From Verrucomicrobiia bacterium (lineage in GTDB: Bacteria > Verrucomicrobiota > Verrucomicrobiia > Palsa-1439), in assembly GCA_050015495.1 (NCBI GenBank), contig JBEKBH010000001.1, forward strand, positions 171,717-235,716: a DNA stretch of 64,000 nt, given 5' to 3'. Under the pieces are notes generated by a model. It made no database searches, was not told the origin of the DNA, and was given only the letters and a program-made list of their open reading frames with translations. Of the stretch, positions 55,299 to 64,000 are shown in pieces. Made by a program: the position numbers and the translations under genes. Each line of letters begins with the position of its first letter. The first letter of the stretch is position 1.

Positions 55299-56536
55299 GC
55301 CCGCTCCAAAATCAGCGCGCCGCCCTGTCCTCCGCCCACACAGGCGGAGACAATGCCCGTCTTCAGGTTGCGACGCTTCATTTCCTTCAACAAGGTCAGC
55401 ACCAGCCGCGCCCCGCTCGCCCCGACCGGGTGTCCCAACGCGATCGCTCCGCCGTTGACGTTGAGCAGGTCGTGGTTGATTTCCATGCCGAATTCCTTGC
55501 GCAAGACCAGTTCCACCGCCAGCACCTGCACCGCAAACGCCTCGTTGATCTCGATCAGTTGCACTTCGTTCCAGCGCACCCGCGATTCTTCCAGCACTTT
55601 CGGGATCGCGTACGCCGGGCCCAACCCCATGCGTTTCGGATCCACGCCGGCGTAGGCGTACCCCCGCAAAAAGCCGAGCGGCGTGAAATTCTGCCGACGC
55701 GCTTTCTCTTCCTCCATCACCAGCAGCGCCACGGCGCCGTCGGTTACCTGGGAGGAATTGCCGGCGGTCACCGTCCCATTGCGCTTGTCAAACACGGGCC
55801 GCAGCTTGGCCAGCGCCTCCATCGTCTGGTTCTCGCGCACGCCGTTGTCCTTGTCCACGTACTTGCCGTTCGGTAAATACACCGTGCAAATTTCCTCGGC
55901 GAGTTTCGCCCGCGCCTTCACCGTCTTTTGATGCGATTCGAGTGCGAACGCATCCTGTCGCGCGCGCGGGATGCCGTAATCGCGATACAACACCTCCGCG
56001 GTCTGTCCCATGTTCAGTCCGCACACCGGGTCGGTGAGGCCCATCATCACCGCGATGCGCGGCTTGAAATCGCCCGGGCGAAACGCGAGCATCGCGCCCA
56101 GCTTCTTCGGGAAGGATTTGGCTCGTGCCAGCGCGGCAAACTTGTCCGCCGCCGCCGTCGAAAACAGCAACGGAATGTTCGACATGCTCTCGGTGCCGCC
56201 GACCACGAATGCGTCGCCCTGCCCGGCCACCATTTTTTCGTAGGCGCTCGTGATCGATTCAAATCCGCTGGCGCAATTCCGGTGCACCGTGTAGGCGGGG
56301 ACCTCTTGGGGAATGCCGGCATTCAGGGCGATGACCCGCGCGACGTTGGCGGCTTCGGCTGGCTGCGCCACGCAACCAAAGATCACCTGCGAAATCTTGT
56401 GGGGATCGACCCCGGTGCGCTCCAACAATTCGCTTACCACAATGCGCCCGAGTTCCTGCGCGGGAAGCGATTTCAACTCCGTCCCCGCTTTCGAGAACGG
56501 CGTCCGTATTCCGTCAATGATGGCCAGCCGCGTCAT
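55295..56536 (-). CDS. Acetyl-CoA C-acyltransferase (3-ketoacyl-CoA thiolase)
   Basis: TVHRNCASGFESI (active-site Cys), NVNGGAIALGHPVGASGARL and CVGGGQGGALILE are the thiolase signatures. 4-bp overlap with the upstream fadJ-like gene. Confidence 0.9.
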   Translation of the reverse strand: MTRLAIIDGIRTPFSKAGTELKSLPAQELGRIVVSELLERTGVDPHKISQVIFGCVAQPAEAANVARVIALNAGIPQEVPAYTVHRNCASGFESITSAYEKMVAGQGDAFVVGGTESMSNIPLLFSTAAADKFAALARAKSFPKKLGAMLAFRPGDFKPRIAVMMGLTDPVCGLNMGQTAEVLYRDYGIPRARQDAFALESHQKTVKARAKLAEEICTVYLPNGKYVDKDNGVRENQTMEALAKLRPVFDKRNGTVTAGNSSQVTDGAVALLVMEEEKARRQNFTPLGFLRGYAYAGVDPKRMGLGPAYAIPKVLEESRVRWNEVQLIEINEAFAVQVLAVELVLRKEFGMEINHDLLNVNGGAIALGHPVGASGARLVLTLLKEMKRRNLKTGIVSACVGGGQGGALILERA

Positions 56537-56697
56537 CGTTCGCTCAAAATTATGATGCGCGCCTGCCCGGAACGACGCGCCGCCCGTTATAGGAGCAGCT
56601 TTCCTGCCGCAACCAGACCCTGATCGCGGGTCGTTACCCGCTTGCTGACAACCAGATAGCTATCCAATGGAGGCGTGCCAATCGAGTGGGATCCGCC

Positions 56698-57477
56698 TCA
56701 CTTGAAGATCTCGCTAAAGAACTCCCTCATCGCTTCCCACGACCGTTTGTCAGCCTTTTCATTGTAGGCCGCGCCCTTGGAGTTGTCGTTCCCCGCATCG
56801 GGCCGCGTGAATGCATGTACTGCGCCGCTGTAGTAAATCATCTGCCAATCCACACCAGCCTTGCGGAACTCGTCCTGCAACGCCGCCACGTCGGTCGCGG
56901 GCACGTACGGATCGTCCGCGCCGTGACAGATCAACACTTTGCATTTGATGTTCTTCGCGTCACGGGTCGGCGTGTCGAGTCCGCCATGGAACGTCACGAT
57001 GCCGGCAATGTCCGCCCCGCTCCGCGCAAGTTCCAGGACGGTCGTGCCGCCAAAACAATAACCAATGGCCGCCACCCGTTTCGTGTCGCATTGCGGCTGC
57101 TTCTCCAGCACGTCCAACGCCGCGTTCACACGCGCCCGAAGCAATGCGCGGTCGCCCTTGAACTTGCCCGCCTGCGCGCCGGCTTCCTGCCGGTTCGCCG
57201 GGCGTACGCCTTTGCCGTAAATGTCGGCGGCGAACGCGACATAGCCGAGTTTCGCCAGCATGTCCGCGCGCATCTTCGCGTACCCTTCCAGCCCCATCCA
57301 GTCGTGCACCACGAGCACCCCCGGCCGCGGCCCTTTTTCCGCGTCATCGTAAGCGAGATACCCCTCACAGGTCGTATCCCCCTGTTTGTACTCAATCATC
57401 TCGGTGTGCAACGCTGCCTTCGTGTTCATGCCAAAAAGTAAAGCGACGCCTGCCAATGCGCAAAACCTCATTCTCAT
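56698..57477 (-). CDS. Dienelactone hydrolase family alpha/beta hydrolase (secreted)
   Basis: Signal peptide MRMRFCALAGVALLFGMNTKAA. VLVVHDWMGLEGYAK...IGYCFGG (nucleophile elbow)...ICHGADDPYV...HAF is the DLH pattern. Confidence 0.8.
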   Translation of the reverse strand: MRMRFCALAGVALLFGMNTKAALHTEMIEYKQGDTTCEGYLAYDDAEKGPRPGVLVVHDWMGLEGYAKMRADMLAKLGYVAFAADIYGKGVRPANRQEAGAQAGKFKGDRALLRARVNAALDVLEKQPQCDTKRVAAIGYCFGGTTVLELARSGADIAGIVTFHGGLDTPTRDAKNIKCKVLICHGADDPYVPATDVAALQDEFRKAGVDWQMIYYSGAVHAFTRPDAGNDNSKGAAYNEKADKRSWEAMREFFSEIFK

Positions 57478-57570
57478 TGCGACCTCCTCCTGATTCGCTA
57501 GCAGAGTATCACGCCATCCTTCGCAAAGCAATTCGTGGAGCGAACTCCGCTCCGGTGCACTCAAGAAGAC

Positions 57571-59025
57571 TCACTCCTTCGGCCTCGCATCCAGAATCCG
57601 CACTTCCTTCAGTGAACTTTCCAGCTTGATCCGCTTGAGCATGTCGTCGATGGAATGGACCTCGATACGATTGGGGGTCAGTTCGACCCCGGTCTGGAAG
57701 CGCGTGCGGACCTTCTCCTTGAGTTGTTCCACGTTGGCGCCATTAACGGGCGCGAGATGCAGAATTAACTCGTCCACGTCGTGCGGATCGTCATGGGCCT
57801 TGCGAATCTCCAACTGCCACTCGCCGATCTCGGTCGTGTTGTCGAGGATTTGCTGCAACGTGTCGAAATTGACGATCGTGCCCTTCAGTTTCCCGAACTG
57901 AAGTTCCTTCGTGTTCGATGCCCGTCCGATATTGCCGACGATGCGCGGCACGGTGCGGCCACAATGCGGGCAGGGTTCCCACGTCACGCCGCCATCGACG
58001 TAGTCGCCGGTCCGATACCGCAACACCACGGTCCCGCGCGCATCGAGCGGGGTGTACACCAACTCACCCGGCTCGCCCTCACCCTTCACCTCGCCGGTCT
58101 CGGGGTCAATCACCTCGAACACTCCGAAGTCGGGGAACAGATGATAGCCGCTCGATTCTTCAGGAAGCGTCGGGCATTCGCCCCACGCGACCCGCGCCTC
58201 GGTAAACCCGTACGTGCCGCACACCCGAACGTCTCCGGCGCCCATTTCCTGCAGGAGCGTCACGATCTTGCGGCGGATACCCTGTGGACTCTTCTCGCCA
58301 CCGAGCACGACTTTCGTGACCTGCGGCCATTTGTTCCCCTGCGCCTGCGCTTCGCGAATCACGTGATACACAAACGTTGGAATCCCAATGAGCGCTTCGG
58401 GCTTGATCTTCTCGATAAGATTGATGTTGCCGTCCGTGCCCATGACTTTCCCGCCCCCCGAACTCACCAGCAACATGCCGAACTCCAGCCCGGCGTACAC
58501 CACCTGCCAGAACGCCAAGTGCGGCGCGTAGGGAAACATGTTGACCCCGCGCATCTTCGTCGTCGCCGCGAACGTCTGGATCAGCCGTGCGCCGGATATG
58601 CGAAGATTGTACATATCGTAGTCGGTGTACGTAAACGCGACCGGCAGCGAGCTTCGCCCCGTCGTGGCCGTCAGGAAAATCGGCCGATATTCGCGCTCGA
58701 ACCGGCGTTCGACCACGCTCCGACCGCGCCACAGCGCCTCGGCGAGCACGCGGGGCCGGTGCTTCAGCACCGACAGGTCCGGCGTGATGATGAACTCACG
58801 GAATTTCTCCGGTTGTTCGGAGGTCGACAGCAGGTCGGCCTTGGCCGTGAACGGCATCTGGCGGAGGTCGTTGACCGTCTTGATGAGCCGTGGATCGACG
58901 TGATGCTCGGCGAAGAGCCGTTTGTAATACGGACTGAACGGGGCAATGACTTCCGTCAGGTAACGGTGGAGTTTTTCATTCTGGATGCGGCGCTGCTCGG
59001 GAACGGTCAGGCGATCCCAGTTCAT
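57571..59025 (-). CDS. PaaK-like adenylate-forming enzyme (phenylacetate-CoA ligase / coenzyme F390 synthetase family) with a C-terminal ACT-like domain
   Basis: LVSSGGGKVMGTD (P-loop-like AMP-binding motif), YGFTEARVAWGECP, and RYRTGDYVDG (hinge motif) are characteristic of PaaK-family ANL enzymes. ATGA overlap with the upstream patatin gene. Confidence 0.75.
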   Translation of the reverse strand: MNWDRLTVPEQRRIQNEKLHRYLTEVIAPFSPYYKRLFAEHHVDPRLIKTVNDLRQMPFTAKADLLSTSEQPEKFREFIITPDLSVLKHRPRVLAEALWRGRSVVERRFEREYRPIFLTATTGRSSLPVAFTYTDYDMYNLRISGARLIQTFAATTKMRGVNMFPYAPHLAFWQVVYAGLEFGMLLVSSGGGKVMGTDGNINLIEKIKPEALIGIPTFVYHVIREAQAQGNKWPQVTKVVLGGEKSPQGIRRKIVTLLQEMGAGDVRVCGTYGFTEARVAWGECPTLPEESSGYHLFPDFGVFEVIDPETGEVKGEGEPGELVYTPLDARGTVVLRYRTGDYVDGGVTWEPCPHCGRTVPRIVGNIGRASNTKELQFGKLKGTIVNFDTLQQILDNTTEIGEWQLEIRKAHDDPHDVDELILHLAPVNGANVEQLKEKVRTRFQTGVELTPNRIEVHSIDDMLKRIKLESSLKEVRILDARPKE

Positions 59026-61004
59026 GCCCGCACCAGCTCCTTCAATTGCGGCAGGGCCGCCTCCGCCGCCTCTTCCCCGCAGCGAATGTACCGCTCGGGA
59101 TGATAAAAATCGTACCAGACGCTGCCCGCCAGCAGGGGTCGGATCACCACGTCGGCGTTGTTGCAGGCCATCTCCGCCATCCGCGACTGCATCGCGTGCA
59201 TCGATCGCATGTAGATGTTGATGATGCCGGTCGGCGTGTCAACCAGCGGCCCGGTCTCGTGTAACACGCCCTTTCGCTCCTTCCTCGTCGCGGCGGACAT
59301 CTCGTGCCGACTACGTTCGCGTTGCTTCATCTCATCGGCGTTGGGAATCGTGTTGACCGCAATAATCTTCGACACCCCGGCCCACGTCAGCACCTGCACC
59401 GGCACGGGATCTGTAATACCACCGTCAATCAGCGTGTGTCCGTCATTGACCACGGGCCGGAAAATGCCGGGAATCGTGATGCTGGCGCGAATGGCGTCGA
59501 TGAGCTTGCCTTCCTCGTACACCACCTCTTCGAGCGTGTTCAGATCGCTCGCGACGATCTTCAGGGGAATGAGCGTATCAGCAAACGTCAACCCGTTCAC
59601 GATTGAATGGAGGAAGTTGTAGACCTTGATGCCGCGAAACACACCCGCCCCGGGGAACATCGGATCGAGCAGCTTCAAGAACGTCCGCTTGCTGCGAATC
59701 TGTTTGGCAATCTCCTCCATCTCGTCGGCGGACTTGCCTACCGCCCACGCCGCCGCGATCAGTGAACCCATCGAGCTGCCCGCGACCACGTCGATGCCAA
59801 TTCCTTCGCGTTCCAGCACGCGGATCACGCCGATATGCGCCAGACCGCGCGCCCCGCCGGTGCCCAGCGCCAGACCGACCAGCACGTTCCCCAATTCGCG
59901 GGCCATGCGCCTCACGACCAGACTGTAGGGGCTCATCGGCTGACGGATCACGAACGGCGTCCCATCCACTCCTTCCACCACTTCGCTTTCCGGAATCCAC
60001 CGCAGCAGGTACGAGATCGGCTGGCCAGTCTTGTGCTCGGCTTCCTCGACGTAGGGTGCACTGGCCTCGCCCACGGCGGTAAGAATCACCCGAACCTCCG
60101 GTTCACGCGCCGCCGCGTGCGACCGAAAGTCCTCCAGCAGCAATCGTGTCCGGTACAAATGCTCGTCGTCATACCTGGAAATGACAAAGACCTTGTCCGA
60201 CTGGACCAAGCAGGCGAACACCGACGCGGACGCCTGGTTGGGAAGATCGCAGATGACATAATCGTATTGTTTGACGAGATGGCCGAAAATCGGGGCGATC
60301 AACGGGATCTCCCGTTCGTCCCCCACCAGATCAAGGTTCAAGCGGTCATACCCCAGCGGCGAGCGAACCACGATGTCCTGCAATCCGAGGCCGGTGCGAA
60401 AGTCGAGGCGCTCGCACTTCAGCAGCGGCACGCCGCGCTGCTTGCCGCTGAGGTCGAGAAGCAACACGGGTTCGCCCGTTTCGTGGGCCAGGCTCGCGAC
60501 GAGATTGTGCGCGAGGGTTGTCTTGCCGGTCCCGGGAAGCGAACTGTACAACGAAATGATCGTGCTCCATTTCGCGCGATGTTTCTCCTCCCGAAGCTCC
60601 TTCATGCGATGCCCCATCCGCTGGCTGAAGCTGACTGCCACGCGCGGGTCGCGATTCACAAGCGCGTCGAAGTCCGCGCGCGGGATTTTCAGGAGCATCG
60701 AATCGTTCAGCGCGCGGACATTGGCCCAGTGCGTCTCGCCGCTGAGCAACGGCATTTCACCGAAGCATTCGCCATCACAGTATGTGGCAAAGACCCGATC
60801 CCGTCCGCTCTTCAACTTCGTGTAGGCCTGCAGCCGTCCCGAGACGACCGCGTACAGGGCGTCGCCCGGGTCATTCTCGCGCACCACGAGGTCGCCCTTC
60901 CTGACCGCGACGAACTCCGCGCGCTCCGCCAGACCCTTCAACAACTCCTCGCCGAGGCTGGCTAGAACCGGCACGCTTTCAAGTACTTGTAGCTTGTCCT
61001 CCAT
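59022..61004 (-). CDS. Tripartite protein: N-terminal cyclic-nucleotide-binding (CAP-effector) domain + degenerate ParA/MinD-like P-loop NTPase domain + C-terminal patatin-like phospholipase
   Basis: cNMP domain: VVRENDPGDALYAVVSGRLQAY...GECFGEMPLL. P-loop: SSLPGTGKTTLAHNLVASLA...LLLDLSGK. Patatin: GLALGTGGARGLAHIGVIRVLEREGIGIDVVAGSSMGSLIAAAWA (GxGxxG oxyanion hole + GxSxG) and LIDGGITDPVPV (catalytic DGG). Confidence 0.8.
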   Translation of the reverse strand: MEDKLQVLESVPVLASLGEELLKGLAERAEFVAVRKGDLVVRENDPGDALYAVVSGRLQAYTKLKSGRDRVFATYCDGECFGEMPLLSGETHWANVRALNDSMLLKIPRADFDALVNRDPRVAVSFSQRMGHRMKELREEKHRAKWSTIISLYSSLPGTGKTTLAHNLVASLAHETGEPVLLLDLSGKQRGVPLLKCERLDFRTGLGLQDIVVRSPLGYDRLNLDLVGDEREIPLIAPIFGHLVKQYDYVICDLPNQASASVFACLVQSDKVFVISRYDDEHLYRTRLLLEDFRSHAAAREPEVRVILTAVGEASAPYVEEAEHKTGQPISYLLRWIPESEVVEGVDGTPFVIRQPMSPYSLVVRRMARELGNVLVGLALGTGGARGLAHIGVIRVLEREGIGIDVVAGSSMGSLIAAAWAVGKSADEMEEIAKQIRSKRTFLKLLDPMFPGAGVFRGIKVYNFLHSIVNGLTFADTLIPLKIVASDLNTLEEVVYEEGKLIDAIRASITIPGIFRPVVNDGHTLIDGGITDPVPVQVLTWAGVSKIIAVNTIPNADEMKQRERSRHEMSAATRKERKGVLHETGPLVDTPTGIINIYMRSMHAMQSRMAEMACNNADVVIRPLLAGSVWYDFYHPERYIRCGEEAAEAALPQLKELVRA

Positions 61005-61095
61005 GCGGTAGTTCCCGTCGTCGACCCGTCGACTTCACGCGGGCTATCGTGCTCACTGCGATCACGGCTAAAGGTAAAGCAAGCTGCGGGCCGAA

Positions 61096-62022
61096 TCAAT
61101 GGCCAGCCGCTTGATTCTGAAGGAGTTCGATGAGCCGCAACGTCGTTTGACCGACAATCTCCAGGCTGTGCGGTGCGATCTTGTCGAGCGTGTCTCGCTC
61201 TGTATGCCAGTATTCCCGGGGGCCGGGCGGCTTTCCGTAATTAAATCTGATGAGGTCGGCGTCGATGAGGTCAACCGCCGGGATCCCCGCCCGCTCGAAC
61301 GGGACGTGGTCATCGAGAATCGCATTCGCGCCGTATGCAAAATAGTCACGGAACCCCGCCGCGCGGGCCGCTTCGAACACCTCCTGCCCGATTGTCCCCG
61401 CGACCGTGACCTTCAGGTTTTTGTCGCCGACCATGTCGAGCAGGATCATCGCCTTGATGTCCTTCACCTGGTCCTTGTTCTTGAGATCGTCGACAAAAAA
61501 CTTGCTTCCCCATAGGCCGTCGGTGTCCGTGAACTGCACCATCGCCTCTTCCCCGTCGAAGAATACAAACCACAGATTCGGTTGGTCCGCGGCCACGCGG
61601 GCGATCTCCAGCAGCGTCCCCGTACTCGATCCGCTGTCGTTCGCACCGACGAACGTGACGTTGGTGAACAGTTTCGTGTCATAATGCGACCCGATAATAA
61701 TCACGCGATTCGGTCCGCCCTGCTGGACACGCGTCCTGGCAATCACGTTGCGAAATTGTTTGGGTCCGTAGGGCGTTTGCGCCACAAACACCTGTTCGTC
61801 AGCCGTCAACCCGTAATCCTGCAACTGCGTGGTGATATACGATGCGGCGCGCCCCAAGGCTTCGCTCCCGCTCGGGTGCGGGCCGTAGCCGACAAGTTTG
61901 ACGACGTGTTCGTAGGCCCGTCCGCCGTTGCACTGTTGCCACGGGATGGGTTGGGGCGCGGACGACCCGCCGCAGCCAGCCACCAACAGCAGGATGACTC
62001 CCCGAATCAATTTCTTTGCCAT
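61096..62022 (-). CDS. M28-family zinc aminopeptidase, lipoprotein
   Basis: MAKKLIRGVILLLVAGCGG lipobox. RVIIIGSHYDTK...ANDSGSSTGTLLEIAR...FVFFDGEE...DMVGD are the M28 metal-ligand motifs. The track ORF to 62379 is an upstream read-through. Confidence 0.8.
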   Translation of the reverse strand: MAKKLIRGVILLLVAGCGGSSAPQPIPWQQCNGGRAYEHVVKLVGYGPHPSGSEALGRAASYITTQLQDYGLTADEQVFVAQTPYGPKQFRNVIARTRVQQGGPNRVIIIGSHYDTKLFTNVTFVGANDSGSSTGTLLEIARVAADQPNLWFVFFDGEEAMVQFTDTDGLWGSKFFVDDLKNKDQVKDIKAMILLDMVGDKNLKVTVAGTIGQEVFEAARAAGFRDYFAYGANAILDDHVPFERAGIPAVDLIDADLIRFNYGKPPGPREYWHTERDTLDKIAPHSLEIVGQTTLRLIELLQNQAAGH

Positions 62023-63137
62023 TGTTCGGCCCAGGCAATGCGTCGCGCCAGCGACGGGTGATCGTGCAACAGAAATTCCACCGCCGGGTGCGGCGACAAA
62101 TCCGCGAGGTTTTGCTCGCCGAGCTTGCGCATGGCGCGGATGAACGCGTCGCGATTTGCCGTGAGCTCGAGCGCCGCGGCGTCGGCTTTCCATTCCCGCG
62201 AGCGCGAGAACGCGTTGTTGAGCGGCATCACCACCAGCCCAAAGACAAACAGGCACAGGGCCAACAGGGGAAACGCCTCGATGTCCCAGAGATTGCTGAA
62301 TTGAAATACGTGATGCATGCCCCAGTTCAACCCGATGTCGGCCACTTTCAGCCCGATAAACGTCGTCATCGCTCCCCAAGCGATCATTTTCGTGATGTCG
62401 CCGTGCTGGTAATGCGCCATCTCATGCGCCATGACCACCTCGATCTCGTCCTCCGAAAACTTGTCCAGCAGCGTGTCGCCCAAAATGATTCGCTTCGTGC
62501 GGCCCAGCCCTGCAAACGCCGCGTTGGCTTTCTTCGTCTTCTCGCTCATGTCCATCCGGTAAACACCCAGCACCGTCGCGCCGACGCGTTGCGCCAGCGC
62601 GGTGAGTTTGAACCGCAGAGATTCATTCTCCAGTGGGTGGAGCTTGTAGAACAGCGGCAAAATCAGCACGGGGAACAGCGCCGACATGACCACCCCAAAC
62701 AGCAGGAAGAAAACTCCCGCGCCAACCCACCACCATTGACCTGCGTGCCGTAGGAAAAAGTACAGGACGTCCAGAATCACCACGCTCAGCGCCAGGTTCA
62801 GTCCCAGTGTCTTCACTTCATCGAACGCCCACGCCCCAAACGTCTCATTCGAAAGGCCGAACCGGTGTTCGAGGTAATAATCACCGAAGAAATTCAGCGG
62901 CAGGAAGAGCAGCTTCGTCGCGACCACGACAACCGCCCCGTAAATCGCCACGTAAAACCACGGGTTCGATGATTTCGACCGCGCAAAATCAGCCAGCGAA
63001 TCCGAGCCTTTCGTGAAGAGAAAGGCGAGTAACAAGAGGATGGTATAAACCGTCTCCACAACGAAGATGCCGTTGTGAATCGCTTCGTAGCGTTTGGCGC
63101 GGTGCTGCCGGTCGCGTTCGTCAATGTCGGCGCTCAT
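62007..63137 (-). CDS. M48-family zinc metalloprotease (HtpX/Ste24-like), integral membrane
   Basis: HEMAHYQHGD HExxH motif in a polytopic membrane protein. Overlaps the M28 gene start by 16 bp. Confidence 0.85.
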   Translation of the reverse strand: MSADIDERDRQHRAKRYEAIHNGIFVVETVYTILLLLAFLFTKGSDSLADFARSKSSNPWFYVAIYGAVVVVATKLLFLPLNFFGDYYLEHRFGLSNETFGAWAFDEVKTLGLNLALSVVILDVLYFFLRHAGQWWWVGAGVFFLLFGVVMSALFPVLILPLFYKLHPLENESLRFKLTALAQRVGATVLGVYRMDMSEKTKKANAAFAGLGRTKRIILGDTLLDKFSEDEIEVVMAHEMAHYQHGDITKMIAWGAMTTFIGLKVADIGLNWGMHHVFQFSNLWDIEAFPLLALCLFVFGLVVMPLNNAFSRSREWKADAAALELTANRDAFIRAMRKLGEQNLADLSPHPAVEFLLHDHPSLARRIAWAEQWQRN

Positions 63138-63164
63138 AAAGCGCCGCTACAGTTGCCCAACCCG

Positions 63165-64000
63165 CTACAGGTTGTCAATGCCGAGGATGTCGAGCAACCG
63201 CGCCAGATCGTCATTGCCATAATACTCGATCTCGATGCGGCCCTTCTTCTTGCCATGATGAACGTTGACGTGCGTGCCAAATTTCTGCTGCAACCGCTCT
63301 TCGATGGCCAGAACGTGCGCCGATTTCACCGTCGCCGTCAGGACCCGCGACCGCACCTTGCCCTCGCCCTTCAACTGCTCGACGAGTTGCTCAGTCTCGC
63401 GCACGGTCAAGCTGCGCTTGAGCACCCGTTCCGCCACGAGCCGTTGTTCGGTGGGAGCGGCCAGGCCCAGAATCGCCTTGGCGTGGCCAACGCTGAGCCG
63501 GTTATCGGCAACCCACGCTTGCACTTCCGTGGGCAAACCGAGCAGACGCGTCGAATTGGCCACGGCCGCGCGACTGCGACCCACCTTTTCGGCAATCTGT
63601 TCCTGGGTGAGTTTGAATTGCGTGGCCAACTGGTCGTAGGCCCGCGCCTCTTCAATCGCGTTGAGGTCTTCGCGCTGCAGGTTTTCGATCAGCGCGATCT
63701 CGAGTGCTTCCTCGTCGCTGACCTCGCGAACGATGGCGGGAATGGTCGTCAGCCCGGCGTCGCGCGCGGCGCGCCACCGGCGTTCCCCGGCGATCAACTC
63801 ATAGCGGCGAGTGTCTCCCGTACCGCTCAACGGCCTCACCAACAACGGCTGGATCACACCGCGTTGTTTGATGGAATCGGCCAGTTCGCGGAGTTGTTCG
63901 GGGTCAAAATCGGTGCGCGGCTGAAACGGACTGCGTTCGATGGCGTCGATGCCGAGATGGCGGACGCCATTGGCGATCCCGGCAGGCGGAACCGCGCCCA
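63165..64000 (-). CDS. parB: Chromosome partitioning protein ParB/Spo0J (C-terminal ~280 aa; the gene continues beyond the window end)
   Basis: Minus-strand translation continues past the track ORF: ...DAIERSPFQPRTDFDPEQLRELADSIKQRGVIQPLLVRP...YELIAGERRWRAA (the ParB box GERRxRA), then HTH and a C-terminal dimerisation domain. Confidence 0.85.
   Translation of the reverse strand, partial: GAVPPAGIANGVRHLGIDAIERSPFQPRTDFDPEQLRELADSIKQRGVIQPLLVRPLSGTGDTRRYELIAGERRWRAARDAGLTTIPAIVREVSDEEALEIALIENLQREDLNAIEEARAYDQLATQFKLTQEQIAEKVGRSRAAVANSTRLLGLPTEVQAWVADNRLSVGHAKAILGLAAPTEQRLVAERVLKRSLTVRETEQLVEQLKGEGKVRSRVLTATVKSAHVLAIEERLQQKFGTHVNVHHGKKKGRIEIEYYGNDDLARLLDILGIDNL

Noticed and set aside
57781-60965. 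+ strand ORFs of 440 aa and 376 aa
   Set aside because: Antisense to the PaaK-like and patatin genes. No motifs.

Overview
High-GC (~60-65%) chromosomal segment of a Gram-negative bacterium. The gene content (a PEP-CTERM protein, many prepilin-type proteins, two sigma-54 activators, TMTC-like GT-C/TPR membrane proteins, a giant Fn3/RCC1 surface protein) suggests a Verrucomicrobia- or Planctomycetes-like lineage; this is inference. About 60 protein-coding genes are supported. No rRNA, tRNA or CRISPR array was seen by eye. Housekeeping genes: folE (partial), rnr, lpxK/GT9 heptosyltransferase/murJ, uvrC, rpsU, cca, tadA, a ygfZ-like gene, cyclophilin, fadJ-like/thiolase, parB (partial). Accessory or unusual modules: (1) an arsC-arsR-acr3 arsenic module flanked by a family of GC-rich MITE-like palindromic repeats, next to a low-GC (~45%) gene for a membrane protein of unknown function. 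(2) A complete type IV pilus assembly locus on the minus strand: pilC, a PilR-like sigma-54 activator, a pilin, pilMNOPQ, two pseudopilins and a PilX-like protein, punctuated by strong 12-bp-stem hairpins. (3) A locus bracketed by two paralogous TMTC-like (GT-C glycosyltransferase + TPR) proteins. It contains a PadR regulator preceded by a 1.1-kb non-coding region with tandem palindromic operators, a 1958-aa GH28/Fn3/RCC1 giant secreted protein, and an orphan Flp pilin gene. (4) A tripartite cNMP-binding / ParA-like P-loop / patatin phospholipase gene, translationally coupled to a PaaK-like adenylating enzyme and lying upstream of esterase and beta-oxidation genes. This is the strongest candidate for an undescribed cyclic-nucleotide-gated lipid-processing or effector system. 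Many long antisense ORFs in the six-frame track are GC-skew artefacts and were rejected.
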